From positions 113,055 through 177,054 of the forward strand of contig CBEUCH010000007.1 in the NCBI GenBank assembly GCA_965541585.1: a DNA stretch of 64,000 nucleotides, read 5' to 3'. The translations under genes and the position numbers were made by a program. Below, piece by piece: positions 26,974-36,123 of the stretch (positions are counted from its first letter, which is position 1; every line of letters begins with the position of its first letter). The notes under the pieces are model-generated. The model did no database searches and had not been told where the DNA came from. It worked only from the letters and a program-made list of their open reading frames with translations. Source of the stretch: an uncultured bacterium (GTDB lineage: Bacteria > Zixibacteria > MSB-5A5 > UBA10806).

Positions 26974-28305
26974 ATGATATTGCGTCTGATGGCAGGAACC
27001 GTTGCTTTAATAATGGCAAACAGTATGGCCGTATCGGCGGAAAGAGAAATAGCAATAAATATCTATAATGATGGTTTCTCGCAGATAACCGAGAAACGCA
27101 CAGTGGAGCTCGATCGAGGACAGGAATTTATCGAGCTTTCGGATATTGCCGAGAAGATTGATCCCGGCTCCATCACGGTGACCAGCGACGATTTCGAGAT
27201 CAAATGGATCGATTACAAATATGATCTTGTCTCGGCAGAACGGCTGTTGTATAAGTTCGTTGGCAACGAGATTCAGATCCAGAAAGGTGATTCTTTAATT
27301 ACTGGCATTCTGGTGAGATATGATAAGAAATATCTTTTCGTGGCTTCACAGGGCTGGCCCGGGCCGGTATCGATTTACGAACGCGAGGACCTAAAAAATA
27401 TCGATCTCCCGACGCTTCCCGAGGGACTGGTCAGCCGTCCGACAATTAGTGTCGGGATTAACTCGAAGGGCTCGGGGAAGAAGGATCTAAAACTTTCATA
27501 TCTGACCACCGGGCTGGGATGGCAGGCGGAATACCATCTTGAATACGATGGCGGCAAAAGAGGCGAGCTTTCAGCCTGGATCAGTCTCGACAACCAATGC
27601 GGTCTGTCGTTTCCCCGGGCCAGCCTCGTTCTTGTCGCGGGACAGGTTGAACGGGACAAGCCGACGCCTGGATCGGCCGACAAATTCGCGGAGGGTCGAT
27701 CCGAAAAAACGGGCAAATCAAGCCTGGAACCTCTTGTGGATTATCATCGCTTCAGACTTCCGTTCGAGATCGCTGTGGGTGAGCGGGAATCCAAACAGGC
27801 GGCCCTGTTCTTACCGATGAAGATCGATGTCGATCATTATTATAAATATCAATGGTCGGAGACCAAATCCGCCGTCAAGTCGATAATCGCCTTTAAGAAT
27901 GATAAAAAATCGGGGCTCGGTTTTCCGTTACCGCCCGGGAGGATCGGGATAATCGATAATAAGACCGGTACGTTCCTGGGATCGGGGAAGTTCGAAGGCA
28001 CGCCAGCGGGAGAGGACGCCGAAGTATTTATAGGAACTGCATTCGATATTAAGGTCGAAAAGAAACGGACAGATCATAGAAAGTTGGGACGTAACAGAAA
28101 TGCCGACAGCTTCGAGATCCAGATCAGGAATCATAAAGCTGATAATATTAATTTGATCATTGTCGAGGAACTCTACGGATACTGGGAGATCGTCGAAAAG
28201 AGCGACGACTATACAAAGGAAGATTTCCAGACGATTGAATTCGATGTCAATGTCCCTGCCGGCGCTGAAAAGGTCATTACCTATACCGTGGAGTATGGAT
28301 ATTGA
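26974..28305 (+). CDS. DUF4139-type secreted protein
   Basis: INIYNDGF..ITEKR, YKYDLVS..LL.KFVG, LPEGLVSRPT, LSYLTTGLGWQAEY, GLGFPLPPGRI, GTAFDI. Confidence 0.8.
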   Translation: MILRLMAGTVALIMANSMAVSAEREIAINIYNDGFSQITEKRTVELDRGQEFIELSDIAEKIDPGSITVTSDDFEIKWIDYKYDLVSAERLLYKFVGNEIQIQKGDSLITGILVRYDKKYLFVASQGWPGPVSIYEREDLKNIDLPTLPEGLVSRPTISVGINSKGSGKKDLKLSYLTTGLGWQAEYHLEYDGGKRGELSAWISLDNQCGLSFPRASLVLVAGQVERDKPTPGSADKFAEGRSEKTGKSSLEPLVDYHRFRLPFEIAVGERESKQAALFLPMKIDVDHYYKYQWSETKSAVKSIIAFKNDKKSGLGFPLPPGRIGIIDNKTGTFLGSGKFEGTPAGEDAEVFIGTAFDIKVEKKRTDHRKLGRNRNADSFEIQIRNHKADNINLIIVEELYGYWEIVEKSDDYTKEDFQTIEFDVNVPAGAEKVITYTVEYGY

Positions 28306-29945
28306 TGAGAGCCAATCTCGTAGTCGCCGCTATTTCGTTTTCGATTCTCGTGTTATCGCTCGAATCGACATATGCGTCCGATTCGACCTCTGTATACTGG
28401 GTCTTCTTCAAAGACAAGGGCCCGAATGCGGCATCACGGATACGAGAATTCGAGCAGAGCCTGCCCGACAGAACAATCGAGCGCAGAAAGAAGGCAATTC
28501 GTGGGGAGACGGTGGCGGATATTTACGATCTGCCGGTATACTATCCCTATGTAGATTCCCTATCGGCTTACATCGAAAGAATTCGGGAGGAGAGCAGATG
28601 GCTCAACGCGGTAAGTGCCATCGTCAGCGCATCCAGGATCGATATGATCGAGGAACTGCCTTTTGTAAAAGATACGCGGCCGGTGTTGCGATCGGATCCG
28701 AGGATCGTAGTTGTCGATGTGGTTGAAACGTGGTCTGCGGGGAATCATGAGTATAAACCGACACCGACCTCCATCGATTACGGGCGCTCGTTCGATCAGC
28801 TCGAGCAAATCGATGTAATCTGGGCCCATGAGCAGGGGTATCACGGAGAAGGTGTGATCATCTGTTTTCTCGACACCGGATTTTTGACCTATCACCATGC
28901 ATTCAACCAGATGGATATCCTGGCCACCTACGATTTTATCAATGACGATGATTTTGTCGGTTTTGATTCCTCGCAGGACCTGCCCGAGCAGCCCCGTCAT
29001 GGAACAGGTTGTCTGGGAACCATCGGCGGGTATTATCCGGGGGAGTTGATAGGGCCGGCTTTTGCCGCTTCATATATATTATGCAAGACCGAAGAAACCG
29101 GATCGGAAACAGCGGTTGAAGAAGATTACTATGTAGTCGGTCTGGAGTGGGGGGAGTGGATGGGCGCCGACGTCGCCTCGTCCTCACTATCATATTCTGA
29201 TTGGTATATCGCCGACGATTATGACGGTCAAAGTTGTGTAACTACCGTGGCCGCCAATATCGCGTTTCGTAAGGGGATGATTCTTTGCTCATCAATGGGA
29301 AACGCGGGACCGGGGAAATTCACCCTGGGCGCTCCCGCTGATTCTCGTCTCTCACTTGGGATCGGCGCCGTCCAGTGGAACGGTGAGCTGGCGGGATTTT
29401 CGTCGTGGGGGCCTACTGCAGACGGCAGAATAAAGCCGGATGTCTGCGCACAGGGAGTGGCAACCGTAGCAGCCAGCCCCTATACGACAGACGGCTTCGG
29501 CCTCTGGAACGGGACATCTCTTTCGTGTCCTCTGGTCGCGGGAGTGGTGGCGCTGGTAGTGCAGGCCCAACCCGAATGGAGCCCTCTTGAAGTAAAAGAG
29601 GCGATAATGGCGACCGCCAGTCATGCGACCCGGCCGGATATCCGTTATGGCTGGGGAATCGTCAGCGCCGAAGATGCCATCAATTACCCTTCATTTTCAG
29701 GTTATCTGGTCGATGAGGGAACAAGAAATGCAATCACGGAATCCATATTTCTGGAAAACGAAGATACCGGAGAGATTCTCGAAATCGAACCTGATGAATC
29801 CGGGCATTTTACTGCGGCCAATCTGGATGCTGCCGCATATAAGATCATCATTCAGAAAGATGGCTTTCTCCCGTATGAGCAAACAATCGCAGTCCCGCCA
29901 TCGGAAGAGTTTGATATTTTTCTCCAAAAAATCGATCGGGAGTAG
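28305..29945 (+). CDS. Secreted S8 (subtilisin-family) serine peptidase
   Basis: Triad FLDTG / HGT / GTSLSCP; oxyanion GNAG; SSWGPTADGRIKPDV; propeptide YWVFFKDKG..SRWLNAVS. Confidence 0.92.
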   Translation: MRANLVVAAISFSILVLSLESTYASDSTSVYWVFFKDKGPNAASRIREFEQSLPDRTIERRKKAIRGETVADIYDLPVYYPYVDSLSAYIERIREESRWLNAVSAIVSASRIDMIEELPFVKDTRPVLRSDPRIVVVDVVETWSAGNHEYKPTPTSIDYGRSFDQLEQIDVIWAHEQGYHGEGVIICFLDTGFLTYHHAFNQMDILATYDFINDDDFVGFDSSQDLPEQPRHGTGCLGTIGGYYPGELIGPAFAASYILCKTEETGSETAVEEDYYVVGLEWGEWMGADVASSSLSYSDWYIADDYDGQSCVTTVAANIAFRKGMILCSSMGNAGPGKFTLGAPADSRLSLGIGAVQWNGELAGFSSWGPTADGRIKPDVCAQGVATVAASPYTTDGFGLWNGTSLSCPLVAGVVALVVQAQPEWSPLEVKEAIMATASHATRPDIRYGWGIVSAEDAINYPSFSGYLVDEGTRNAITESIFLENEDTGEILEIEPDESGHFTAANLDAAAYKIIIQKDGFLPYEQTIAVPPSEEFDIFLQKIDRE

Positions 29946-30043
29946 AGCGGTCATAAATAGTTTGAGGGAAAGCGATAACTATACTTAAAGATAATTAGAA
30001 TATCTCTAATTAAGTGGGAATCATCGCGGAACCGATAAATTGC

Positions 30044-30072
30044 TTGACAGTATAAAAACTCAGGGGTAATAT
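30044..30072 (+). promoter_or_regulatory. Putative sigma70 promoter of the cytochrome gene, overlapped by an ECF-like GGAACC-N16-GTATA (30028-30054)
   Basis: TTGACA (30044-30049), 17 nt, TAATAT (30067-30072). Confidence 0.6.
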
Positions 30073-30123
30073 GATTTTTGTCATAAATAGGTGTGAGATG
30101 AATTTCAACCCGGAGGTGATTGA

Positions 30124-30687
30124 GTGAAGAGAGTCGTAGTTATTGTGATGATTGCGGGTTTGGGGCTCCTATTGTTATCTGTTCTGGGCACCGCCCAGGA
30201 GAAACAGGAGAAAAAAGTCGAGCACCAGTATGTGGGAGTGGCTAAATGCAAAACCTGCCACAAGGCCGAGGCAAAAGGTGCCCAATATATTAAGTGGACC
30301 GAGTCAAAGCATTCCAAAGCTTATGAGGTTCTGGCGTCAGAGGAAGCTATTGCAATAGGCAAAAAGCTTGACATAGACAATCCCCAGACCAGCGACCAGT
30401 GCCTGGTCTGCCATGTGACCGCTTTCGCCGCTCCGGCTGAGGCTAAGGCTGAAAGCTTCGATCAAACCGAGGGAGTCGGCTGTGAAGTTTGCCATGGCCC
30501 GGGGTCCGACTACAGGAAGTTGAAGATCATGAAAGACCAGGAGGCCTCGATCGCCGCCGGTTTGATAATTCCGGATGAGGAAGTATGCGTGGGTTGTCAT
30601 AACGAAAAGAGTCCGAATTTCAAGGAATTCAATTTCGAGGAGGCCCTCAAGGTCATCGCTCATCCGAATCCGAAGAAGCAAAAGTAA
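30124..30687 (+). CDS. Periplasmic tetraheme cytochrome c (c554-like family)
   Basis: Signal peptide; four CxxCH motifs (CKTCH, CLVCH, CEVCH, CVGCH); YVG..C and W..SKH..AY, EGVGCEVCHGPGS. Confidence 0.9.
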   Translation: MKRVVVIVMIAGLGLLLLSVLGTAQEKQEKKVEHQYVGVAKCKTCHKAEAKGAQYIKWTESKHSKAYEVLASEEAIAIGKKLDIDNPQTSDQCLVCHVTAFAAPAEAKAESFDQTEGVGCEVCHGPGSDYRKLKIMKDQEASIAAGLIIPDEEVCVGCHNEKSPNFKEFNFEEALKVIAHPNPKKQK

Positions 30688-30707
30688 TCTCTTTTAGAAA
30701 ATAGGAT

Positions 30708-30746
30708 AAGAAAAGGGAGACCGCCGGTTCGGTCTCCCTTTTCTTT
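30708..30746. terminator. Bidirectional intrinsic terminator
   Basis: AAGAAAAGGGAGACCG-ccggtt-CGGTCTCCCTTTTCTTT between convergent genes. Confidence 0.85.
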
Positions 30747-30761
30747 ACCATAATCGAAGCT

Positions 30762-30983
30762 CTATGATTCAAGGGCTTTTTGTATCTTATCCTTTAGAAA
30801 GGTAGGCGCTTTCTCCTGGAAACAGCTTTTCTGCACCAACTCCTTCAATTTCTTTTCGAATTCAAAATGGTCGCAGCAGAGCCGGCAAAGATCGAGGTGT
30901 TTTTCTACCTGGGAGGCGGTCATACCGTCGGCCTCGCGATCCAGATATTCATAGAGCTTGTCAACCGCTTCCTTGCAGGTCAT
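30762..30983 (-). CDS. Small soluble Cys-rich zinc anti-sigma factor (RsrA/RshA-like)
   Basis: MTCKEAVDKLYEYLDRE..HLDLCRLCCDHF..EKAPTFLKDKI; HxxxCxxC plus extra cysteines; no TM segment. Confidence 0.85.
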   Translation of the reverse strand: MTCKEAVDKLYEYLDREADGMTASQVEKHLDLCRLCCDHFEFEKKLKELVQKSCFQEKAPTFLKDKIQKALES

Positions 30984-30985
30984 TT

Positions 30986-31588
30986 TTACTTCCCTTTGAG
31001 TATTCCTCTTTCCCGGGCGAATTCCCATAGCTGTTTCTGAAGTATCTTTCTCCCTCTGAATATGCGGGACTTTACAGTTCCGACGCTAATATCCAAAATC
31101 TCAGCAATCTCCTGGTAGCTGAATCCCTCAACATCACTTAACAGCACCGCCAGCCTGAATTGTTCCGGGACATTTTCCAGGGCAACAATTACATCATCGG
31201 AGACATAATCCTTGAGCATCTCGGTTACGGCTGCCGCTCCTCGCGCCTCCGATTTATCCGACGCCGTGATTTCCTTCACTAATTCATCGGCAAGGCAGAA
31301 ATTTTCTATAGCCTGGAAATCAACCATATCGGGTTCCTGTTTTTTCTTGCGGTAACGGGTGCGAAAGGTATTGGTCAATATCGTCAAAATCCATGCCCTG
31401 GCGTTCGTGCCTCTCTCAAATCGATGGAAAAACCTGAACGCCTTCAGATAGGCTTCCTGAACCAGATCTTCGGCATCCTTGACATTGCGGGTCATCCTGA
31501 GCGCAATGTTATACAGATTGTCAAGCAGGGGCAGAAATATGGTCTCAAATTCCCTTTTTTTCTCTTGATCGTTTTTTCCATCAGCCAT
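30986..31588 (-). CDS. ECF sigma factor (SigR/SigH-like)
   Basis: LDNLYNIALRMTRN..DAEDLVQEAYLKA..F..GTN.RAW..IL.NTF; FRLAVLLSDVEGFSYQEIAEIL....GTVKSRIFRGR; ATG 31588 preferred as start. Confidence 0.9.
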   Translation of the reverse strand: MADGKNDQEKKREFETIFLPLLDNLYNIALRMTRNVKDAEDLVQEAYLKAFRFFHRFERGTNARAWILTILTNTFRTRYRKKKQEPDMVDFQAIENFCLADELVKEITASDKSEARGAAAVTEMLKDYVSDDVIVALENVPEQFRLAVLLSDVEGFSYQEIAEILDISVGTVKSRIFRGRKILQKQLWEFARERGILKGK

Positions 31589-31634
31589 ATTATTACCCAA
31601 ACCTGAATTGTAGTTTGAAAATGAAAGTAGCGAC

Positions 31635-33302
31635 ATGAAAAGATTTTGTCAAGGATTATTCTCGGCGACGGGAGTTGTCTTCCTGGCTGCCTTTTTGTCT
31701 CTGAGTATATCGACCGGCAGCGCAAATACTGATGGGGATTTATTCTGGATTTTCTTCAAGGACAAAGGTAGCGAAATGCCGATTCCTGTCTCCGAAGACG
31801 CCGCTCGCCGTAGATCTATACGGTCATCCGTATCCGATTTTTCATGGATGGATACCCCTGTCAGGAAGGAATACATCGATGATCTAACAGCGAAGGGAAT
31901 CCGTGTACGAAACGAATCCCGATGGCTCAATGCAGTCAGCGCTTATATGGAGGAGATTAGCTTAAATGAGATAGCCGAGCTTCCCTTTGTTGAAGGCATA
32001 AGTCGTGTTTCTTCTTATTCCAAACCGAGAGTGCAGCCCGATTATGGGGCCGCCTTCCGGTCCGGCAAAACGGCGGCTTTTGACTATGGACCATCGTATG
32101 CTCAGATCTCCATAATCGCCATAGATTCTCTTCACAGTCTCGGCCTGTCCGGCGACGGCATATTGATCGGCATAATGGATACCGGCTTCGATACTAGTCA
32201 TTCGGTCTTCTCACGTCTCAGGGATGATAGCCGTATATTGGCAACTTATGATTATATAAACGCCGATTCTAATGTCGTCGATGAACCCGATGCCCAGCGG
32301 GCGCACGGGACTCAGGTGCTCTCCGCGCTTGCCGGCTTCAATGAGGGATCCCTGATCGGGCCGGCATTCGGCGCCGAGTTCATTCTCGCAAAAACCGAAA
32401 TAGTCCTTGGTGGTGTTGAAATTCAAGCCGAGGAGGACAACTGGGTGGCCGCGGCAGAATGGATGGAACCTCTGGGAGTGGATATCATCTCATCTTCTGT
32501 CGGCTATATCGACTGGTACGACACCACCCAGCTCGACGGCCGGACTGCTGTGATCACGCAAGCAGCAAATATCGCCACCTCGTTAGGAGTTGTGGTCGTC
32601 AATGCCGCAGGGAATGAAGGTGATAATACTAACTGGCGCAAGGTCATCCCTCCTGCCGACGGCGATTCGGTCATTGCGGTCGGAGCAGTCGATTCCGCCG
32701 GTGAGATTGCTGAGTTCTCGTCGCGAGGACCTACGGCCGATGGTCGAATAAAACCCGATTTTTGCGCCCTGGGAAAATTCGTTTTTCTGGCCAACTGGAC
32801 CGGCGGTTATGGTCAATCCCGGGGAACGTCATTTTCGACTCCTCTTATGTCCGGAGGAATTGCGCTCCTGCTTGAAGGTCATCCTGATTGGACTTTAGCC
32901 GATATATTGACCGCTCTCAAGAGATCGGCGTCCCACGGCTTTCTTCCAAACAACAGCTATGGCTGGGGAGTGCCTGATTTCACCTCGGCGTTCTATGGGC
33001 GGGCAGGATGGCCGTCGGGCGGTAGACTCTCCATCTTGATAGCCCCGCATCCTGCAATCGGTTCCGTCGTTTTCTATCTCAGGGCGACTGGTAGCGGCGA
33101 GGGAGAATTGTCTATTCACGATGTCTCAGGAGCTCTCGTAAATAGTATGCAGGTCGAAGCTGATAGTTCCGGTCTGGCAATGCTGGTCTGGGACGGCTAT
33201 AACGCTTCACATCGGCGCGTTGCCTCCGGAGTTTATATCTCCAACTTCTGCATGCGTGGAGAGAACGCCAGCGAAAAGTTCTTCTTTATTTCAGACCATT
33301 AA
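31635..33302 (+). CDS. Secreted S8 serine peptidase with a degenerate FlgD/CTD-like C-terminus
   Basis: IMDTG / HGT / GTSFSTP; AAGNEG; SSRGPTADGRIKPD; C-terminus APHP..IHDVSGALV..WDG....VASGVY. Confidence 0.9.
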   Translation: MKRFCQGLFSATGVVFLAAFLSLSISTGSANTDGDLFWIFFKDKGSEMPIPVSEDAARRRSIRSSVSDFSWMDTPVRKEYIDDLTAKGIRVRNESRWLNAVSAYMEEISLNEIAELPFVEGISRVSSYSKPRVQPDYGAAFRSGKTAAFDYGPSYAQISIIAIDSLHSLGLSGDGILIGIMDTGFDTSHSVFSRLRDDSRILATYDYINADSNVVDEPDAQRAHGTQVLSALAGFNEGSLIGPAFGAEFILAKTEIVLGGVEIQAEEDNWVAAAEWMEPLGVDIISSSVGYIDWYDTTQLDGRTAVITQAANIATSLGVVVVNAAGNEGDNTNWRKVIPPADGDSVIAVGAVDSAGEIAEFSSRGPTADGRIKPDFCALGKFVFLANWTGGYGQSRGTSFSTPLMSGGIALLLEGHPDWTLADILTALKRSASHGFLPNNSYGWGVPDFTSAFYGRAGWPSGGRLSILIAPHPAIGSVVFYLRATGSGEGELSIHDVSGALVNSMQVEADSSGLAMLVWDGYNASHRRVASGVYISNFCMRGENASEKFFFISDH

Positions 33303-33570
33303 TCATAGCCGGCCGCTGGCCTGAAAGATGGACTGTGGCCGATGGATTACTATCGCATTACACTGATATTAGATTTTGAAATATTCTATGTTCATCGTCG
33401 GGCGAATCCCCTTGACAATCGGGTATCAGCAGATACATTTGCCGTGAGAATTTTACAGAGCGGATTTAATCAGGATTCGCATTGGAGGGTGGAAATCTGC
33501 AAAGTCAATCTCGTGGTAAACAAAGAAATAAAGATGTAGATGTTCCGGGATCTGAGAGGCGATCAATAAT

Positions 33571-34761
33571 ATGAGGCTTTATGAGTACGAAGCCAAGATG
33601 CTTTTCGGCAAATTCGGGATTCCTTTGCCCGAAAGCGGTCATGCACGTTCTACAGGGGACGTCGAGGAAATCGCCGACAGGCTCGGTTTTCCAGTTATTC
33701 TCAAATCTCAGGTATTGACGGGAGGGCGGGGCAAAGCCGGTGGTATCAGAATCATAGACAGAAGGGAAGACCTTAAAGCTCAATCCGAAGAACTTTTCAA
33801 TCTCAAGATCAAAGGCTATCCCGTCGGCTCGGTCCTGGTTGAGAAAGCGCTCGATATCGATAGGGAACTCTACCTCGGGATTACCATCAACCGAACCGAT
33901 TACAGGATTGCAGTGATCGCCTCGGATTCGGGAGGAGTCGATATCGAGAAGGTTGCGTCTGAGACTCCGGAGAAAATCTATACTAAAGAGCTTGAGATAG
34001 ACGAGGAATTTTATCAATTTCATGCTATACAGCTCGGCGGGAAAATAGGGATTCCGTCGGATAAGATCCGCGATTTTGCAACAATTGCACTAGCGCTATT
34101 GAAATTTTTCAGATCTTATGATGCCAAGCTGGCGGAGATCAATCCTCTAATTGTTACGAAATCAGGCGAGTTGATAGCCGCCGATGCCCGAGTGAGTCTC
34201 GATGATGATGCCTTGTTCCGTCATCCCGATTTGAAGGAGATGGGAATCGAGAAGCGCCATGAAGAGGGCGAGCTCACTCCGCGGGAGGTTCAGGCTCACG
34301 AATCGGGAATTCCTTACCTCGATCTGGATGGCGATATTGGTATGTTTCCCGGCGGCGCCGGTTTCGGCATAATGGGTAATGATTTTATTCAATACTTCGG
34401 AGGCAGACCGGCTAATTTCATGGATTCCGGCGGCGGGCCATCGCCCGAACGGATCGCCAGAATGCTGGTTTTGCTCGATGACAACTCTCAGGTGAAGGTT
34501 ATATTCGGCGCCAGGTTCGGCGGGATATCCCGATGCGATGATTTTGCCAGGGGAGTCATAAAGTTTTTGCGCGAGCATGGATTGTCGAAACCGATGGTTC
34601 TGCGAATGACCGGCAACATGTGGCAGGAAGGCGTGAAAATATTCGAAGAAGCAAGACGTGAAACTCCGGGGCTGTTTGAGAAGATAGAGTTTCACGGTAT
34701 TGAGGTGCCGATCGAGGATATAGCAAAAAGGGCGGTGGAACTGGCAAAGGCTGCAGGATGA
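33571..34761 (+). CDS. sucC: Succinyl-CoA synthetase beta subunit-like (divergent acid-binding motifs)
   Basis: MRLYEYEAK, KSQVLTGGRGKAGG, LAEINPL, AADAR..DDDALFRHP, PANFMDSGGG, FGGISRCD. Confidence 0.75.
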   Translation: MRLYEYEAKMLFGKFGIPLPESGHARSTGDVEEIADRLGFPVILKSQVLTGGRGKAGGIRIIDRREDLKAQSEELFNLKIKGYPVGSVLVEKALDIDRELYLGITINRTDYRIAVIASDSGGVDIEKVASETPEKIYTKELEIDEEFYQFHAIQLGGKIGIPSDKIRDFATIALALLKFFRSYDAKLAEINPLIVTKSGELIAADARVSLDDDALFRHPDLKEMGIEKRHEEGELTPREVQAHESGIPYLDLDGDIGMFPGGAGFGIMGNDFIQYFGGRPANFMDSGGGPSPERIARMLVLLDDNSQVKVIFGARFGGISRCDDFARGVIKFLREHGLSKPMVLRMTGNMWQEGVKIFEEARRETPGLFEKIEFHGIEVPIEDIAKRAVELAKAAG

Positions 34762-35213
34762 AAAAGCTGCTATTTCTAATATTGGTTATAAATCTCGCCT
34801 GTGCGGGACTTTTTCACCGCGGCGCGGTGCTGCAGGATGGCCCTGTTCCATTTCATACTATATTGGCGGGCTCTCATAGCCTGGCAGATACTGCTTTCGT
34901 TGAATTGGTGACGGACAATAGGGAATGGGAGAATATCTGGCTTATTGCCAAAGGATTGGTCGATCCCCTGCCGACGAAACCGACCGTTGATTTCAGACGT
35001 CAGCGCGTTATAGCTGTTTTCATGGGTCAAAGACGGAGTTCGGGTTATCGTATCGAGGTAACATCGATTGAGAAAACCGGCAAGGTCTTGAACGTATATA
35101 TCAAGAGGTATGAGACACCCGGCATGCTCACGGTGGTTACCAATCCGTTTACCCTGGTGCGAATACCGAAAGGTAATTACCGGCTGGAGATCATCGAGGA
35201 GATCGTAAGATGA
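34758..35213 (+). CDS. PrcB C-terminal-domain lipoprotein
   Basis: Lipobox NLA-C; PTVDFRRQRVIAVFMGQRRSSGYRIEV..VVTNPFTLVRIPK. Confidence 0.7.
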   Translation: MKKLLFLILVINLACAGLFHRGAVLQDGPVPFHTILAGSHSLADTAFVELVTDNREWENIWLIAKGLVDPLPTKPTVDFRRQRVIAVFMGQRRSSGYRIEVTSIEKTGKVLNVYIKRYETPGMLTVVTNPFTLVRIPKGNYRLEIIEEIVR

Positions 35214-35256
35214 AAACGGTGAAAAGACTGTCGCCAGAGGTACGGATTAATTAGAT

Positions 35257-36123
35257 ATGGCGATACTCTTAACAAAAGATTCGAGAGTAATAGTCCAGGG
35301 GATTACCGGAACGGGTGGTTCATTTCATACCCGGCGAATGCTTGAATACGGCACCAATATCGTGGCTGGGACGTCGCCGGGCAAAGGAGGACAGGCCGTC
35401 GAGGGAGTTCCGGTAAGGAATACGGTCGCCGAATGTGTATCCGAATTTGACGCCGATTTTTCCGTGATTTTTTTGCCGGCAAGGTTCGCCTGCGAGGCTG
35501 CTATAGAGGCAATTCATGCCGGGATCAAGACCGTCGTTGTGGTTCCGGAACATATACCGATAGCCGATATGATGCAGGTCAGAAAGGTGGCCGGAGAATA
35601 CGGGGCGGTGGTGATCGGGGGCAATACCGCAGGAGTAATCACACCGGGTCAGGCAAACGTCGGCATAATTCCCGATATCGCATTCAAGGCCGGCAGGGTC
35701 GGCACCGTTTCCAGGTCGGGTTCTCTTACCTATTATGTCGCCGATACACTCACCAGGACAGGATTCGGCGAGACCACCTGCGTAGGGCTCGGGGGTGATC
35801 CGGTGCTCGGGTCGACCTTCGATGAGATACTGCTTTTATTTGATGAAGATAATGACACCAAGGCTATCGTGATGGTTGGCGAGATCGGCGGCGTATACGA
35901 GGAACGCGCTTCTGAAACGGTGAAGGGGCTTTCCAAACCGGTAATCTGCATGATTGGAGGTATCTTCGCGCCACCGGGCAAGAGGATGGGGCACGCCGGC
36001 GCCATAGTCGAAGGTAGCATGGGTACGGCCCAATCGAAACTTGGTGTTTTGACAAAGGCCGGAGCGCATCATGCGAAAACCTTCATGGATATCCCCGAGA
36101 TTCTGAAGAGGCTGAACGTATGA
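35257..36123 (+). CDS. sucD: Succinyl-CoA synthetase alpha subunit
   Basis: VIVQGITG..GSFHT, PGKGG, VSRSGSLTY, VGLGGDP, GEIGG, GKRMGHAGA (phospho-His). Confidence 0.88.
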   Translation: MAILLTKDSRVIVQGITGTGGSFHTRRMLEYGTNIVAGTSPGKGGQAVEGVPVRNTVAECVSEFDADFSVIFLPARFACEAAIEAIHAGIKTVVVVPEHIPIADMMQVRKVAGEYGAVVIGGNTAGVITPGQANVGIIPDIAFKAGRVGTVSRSGSLTYYVADTLTRTGFGETTCVGLGGDPVLGSTFDEILLLFDEDNDTKAIVMVGEIGGVYEERASETVKGLSKPVICMIGGIFAPPGKRMGHAGAIVEGSMGTAQSKLGVLTKAGAHHAKTFMDIPEILKRLNV

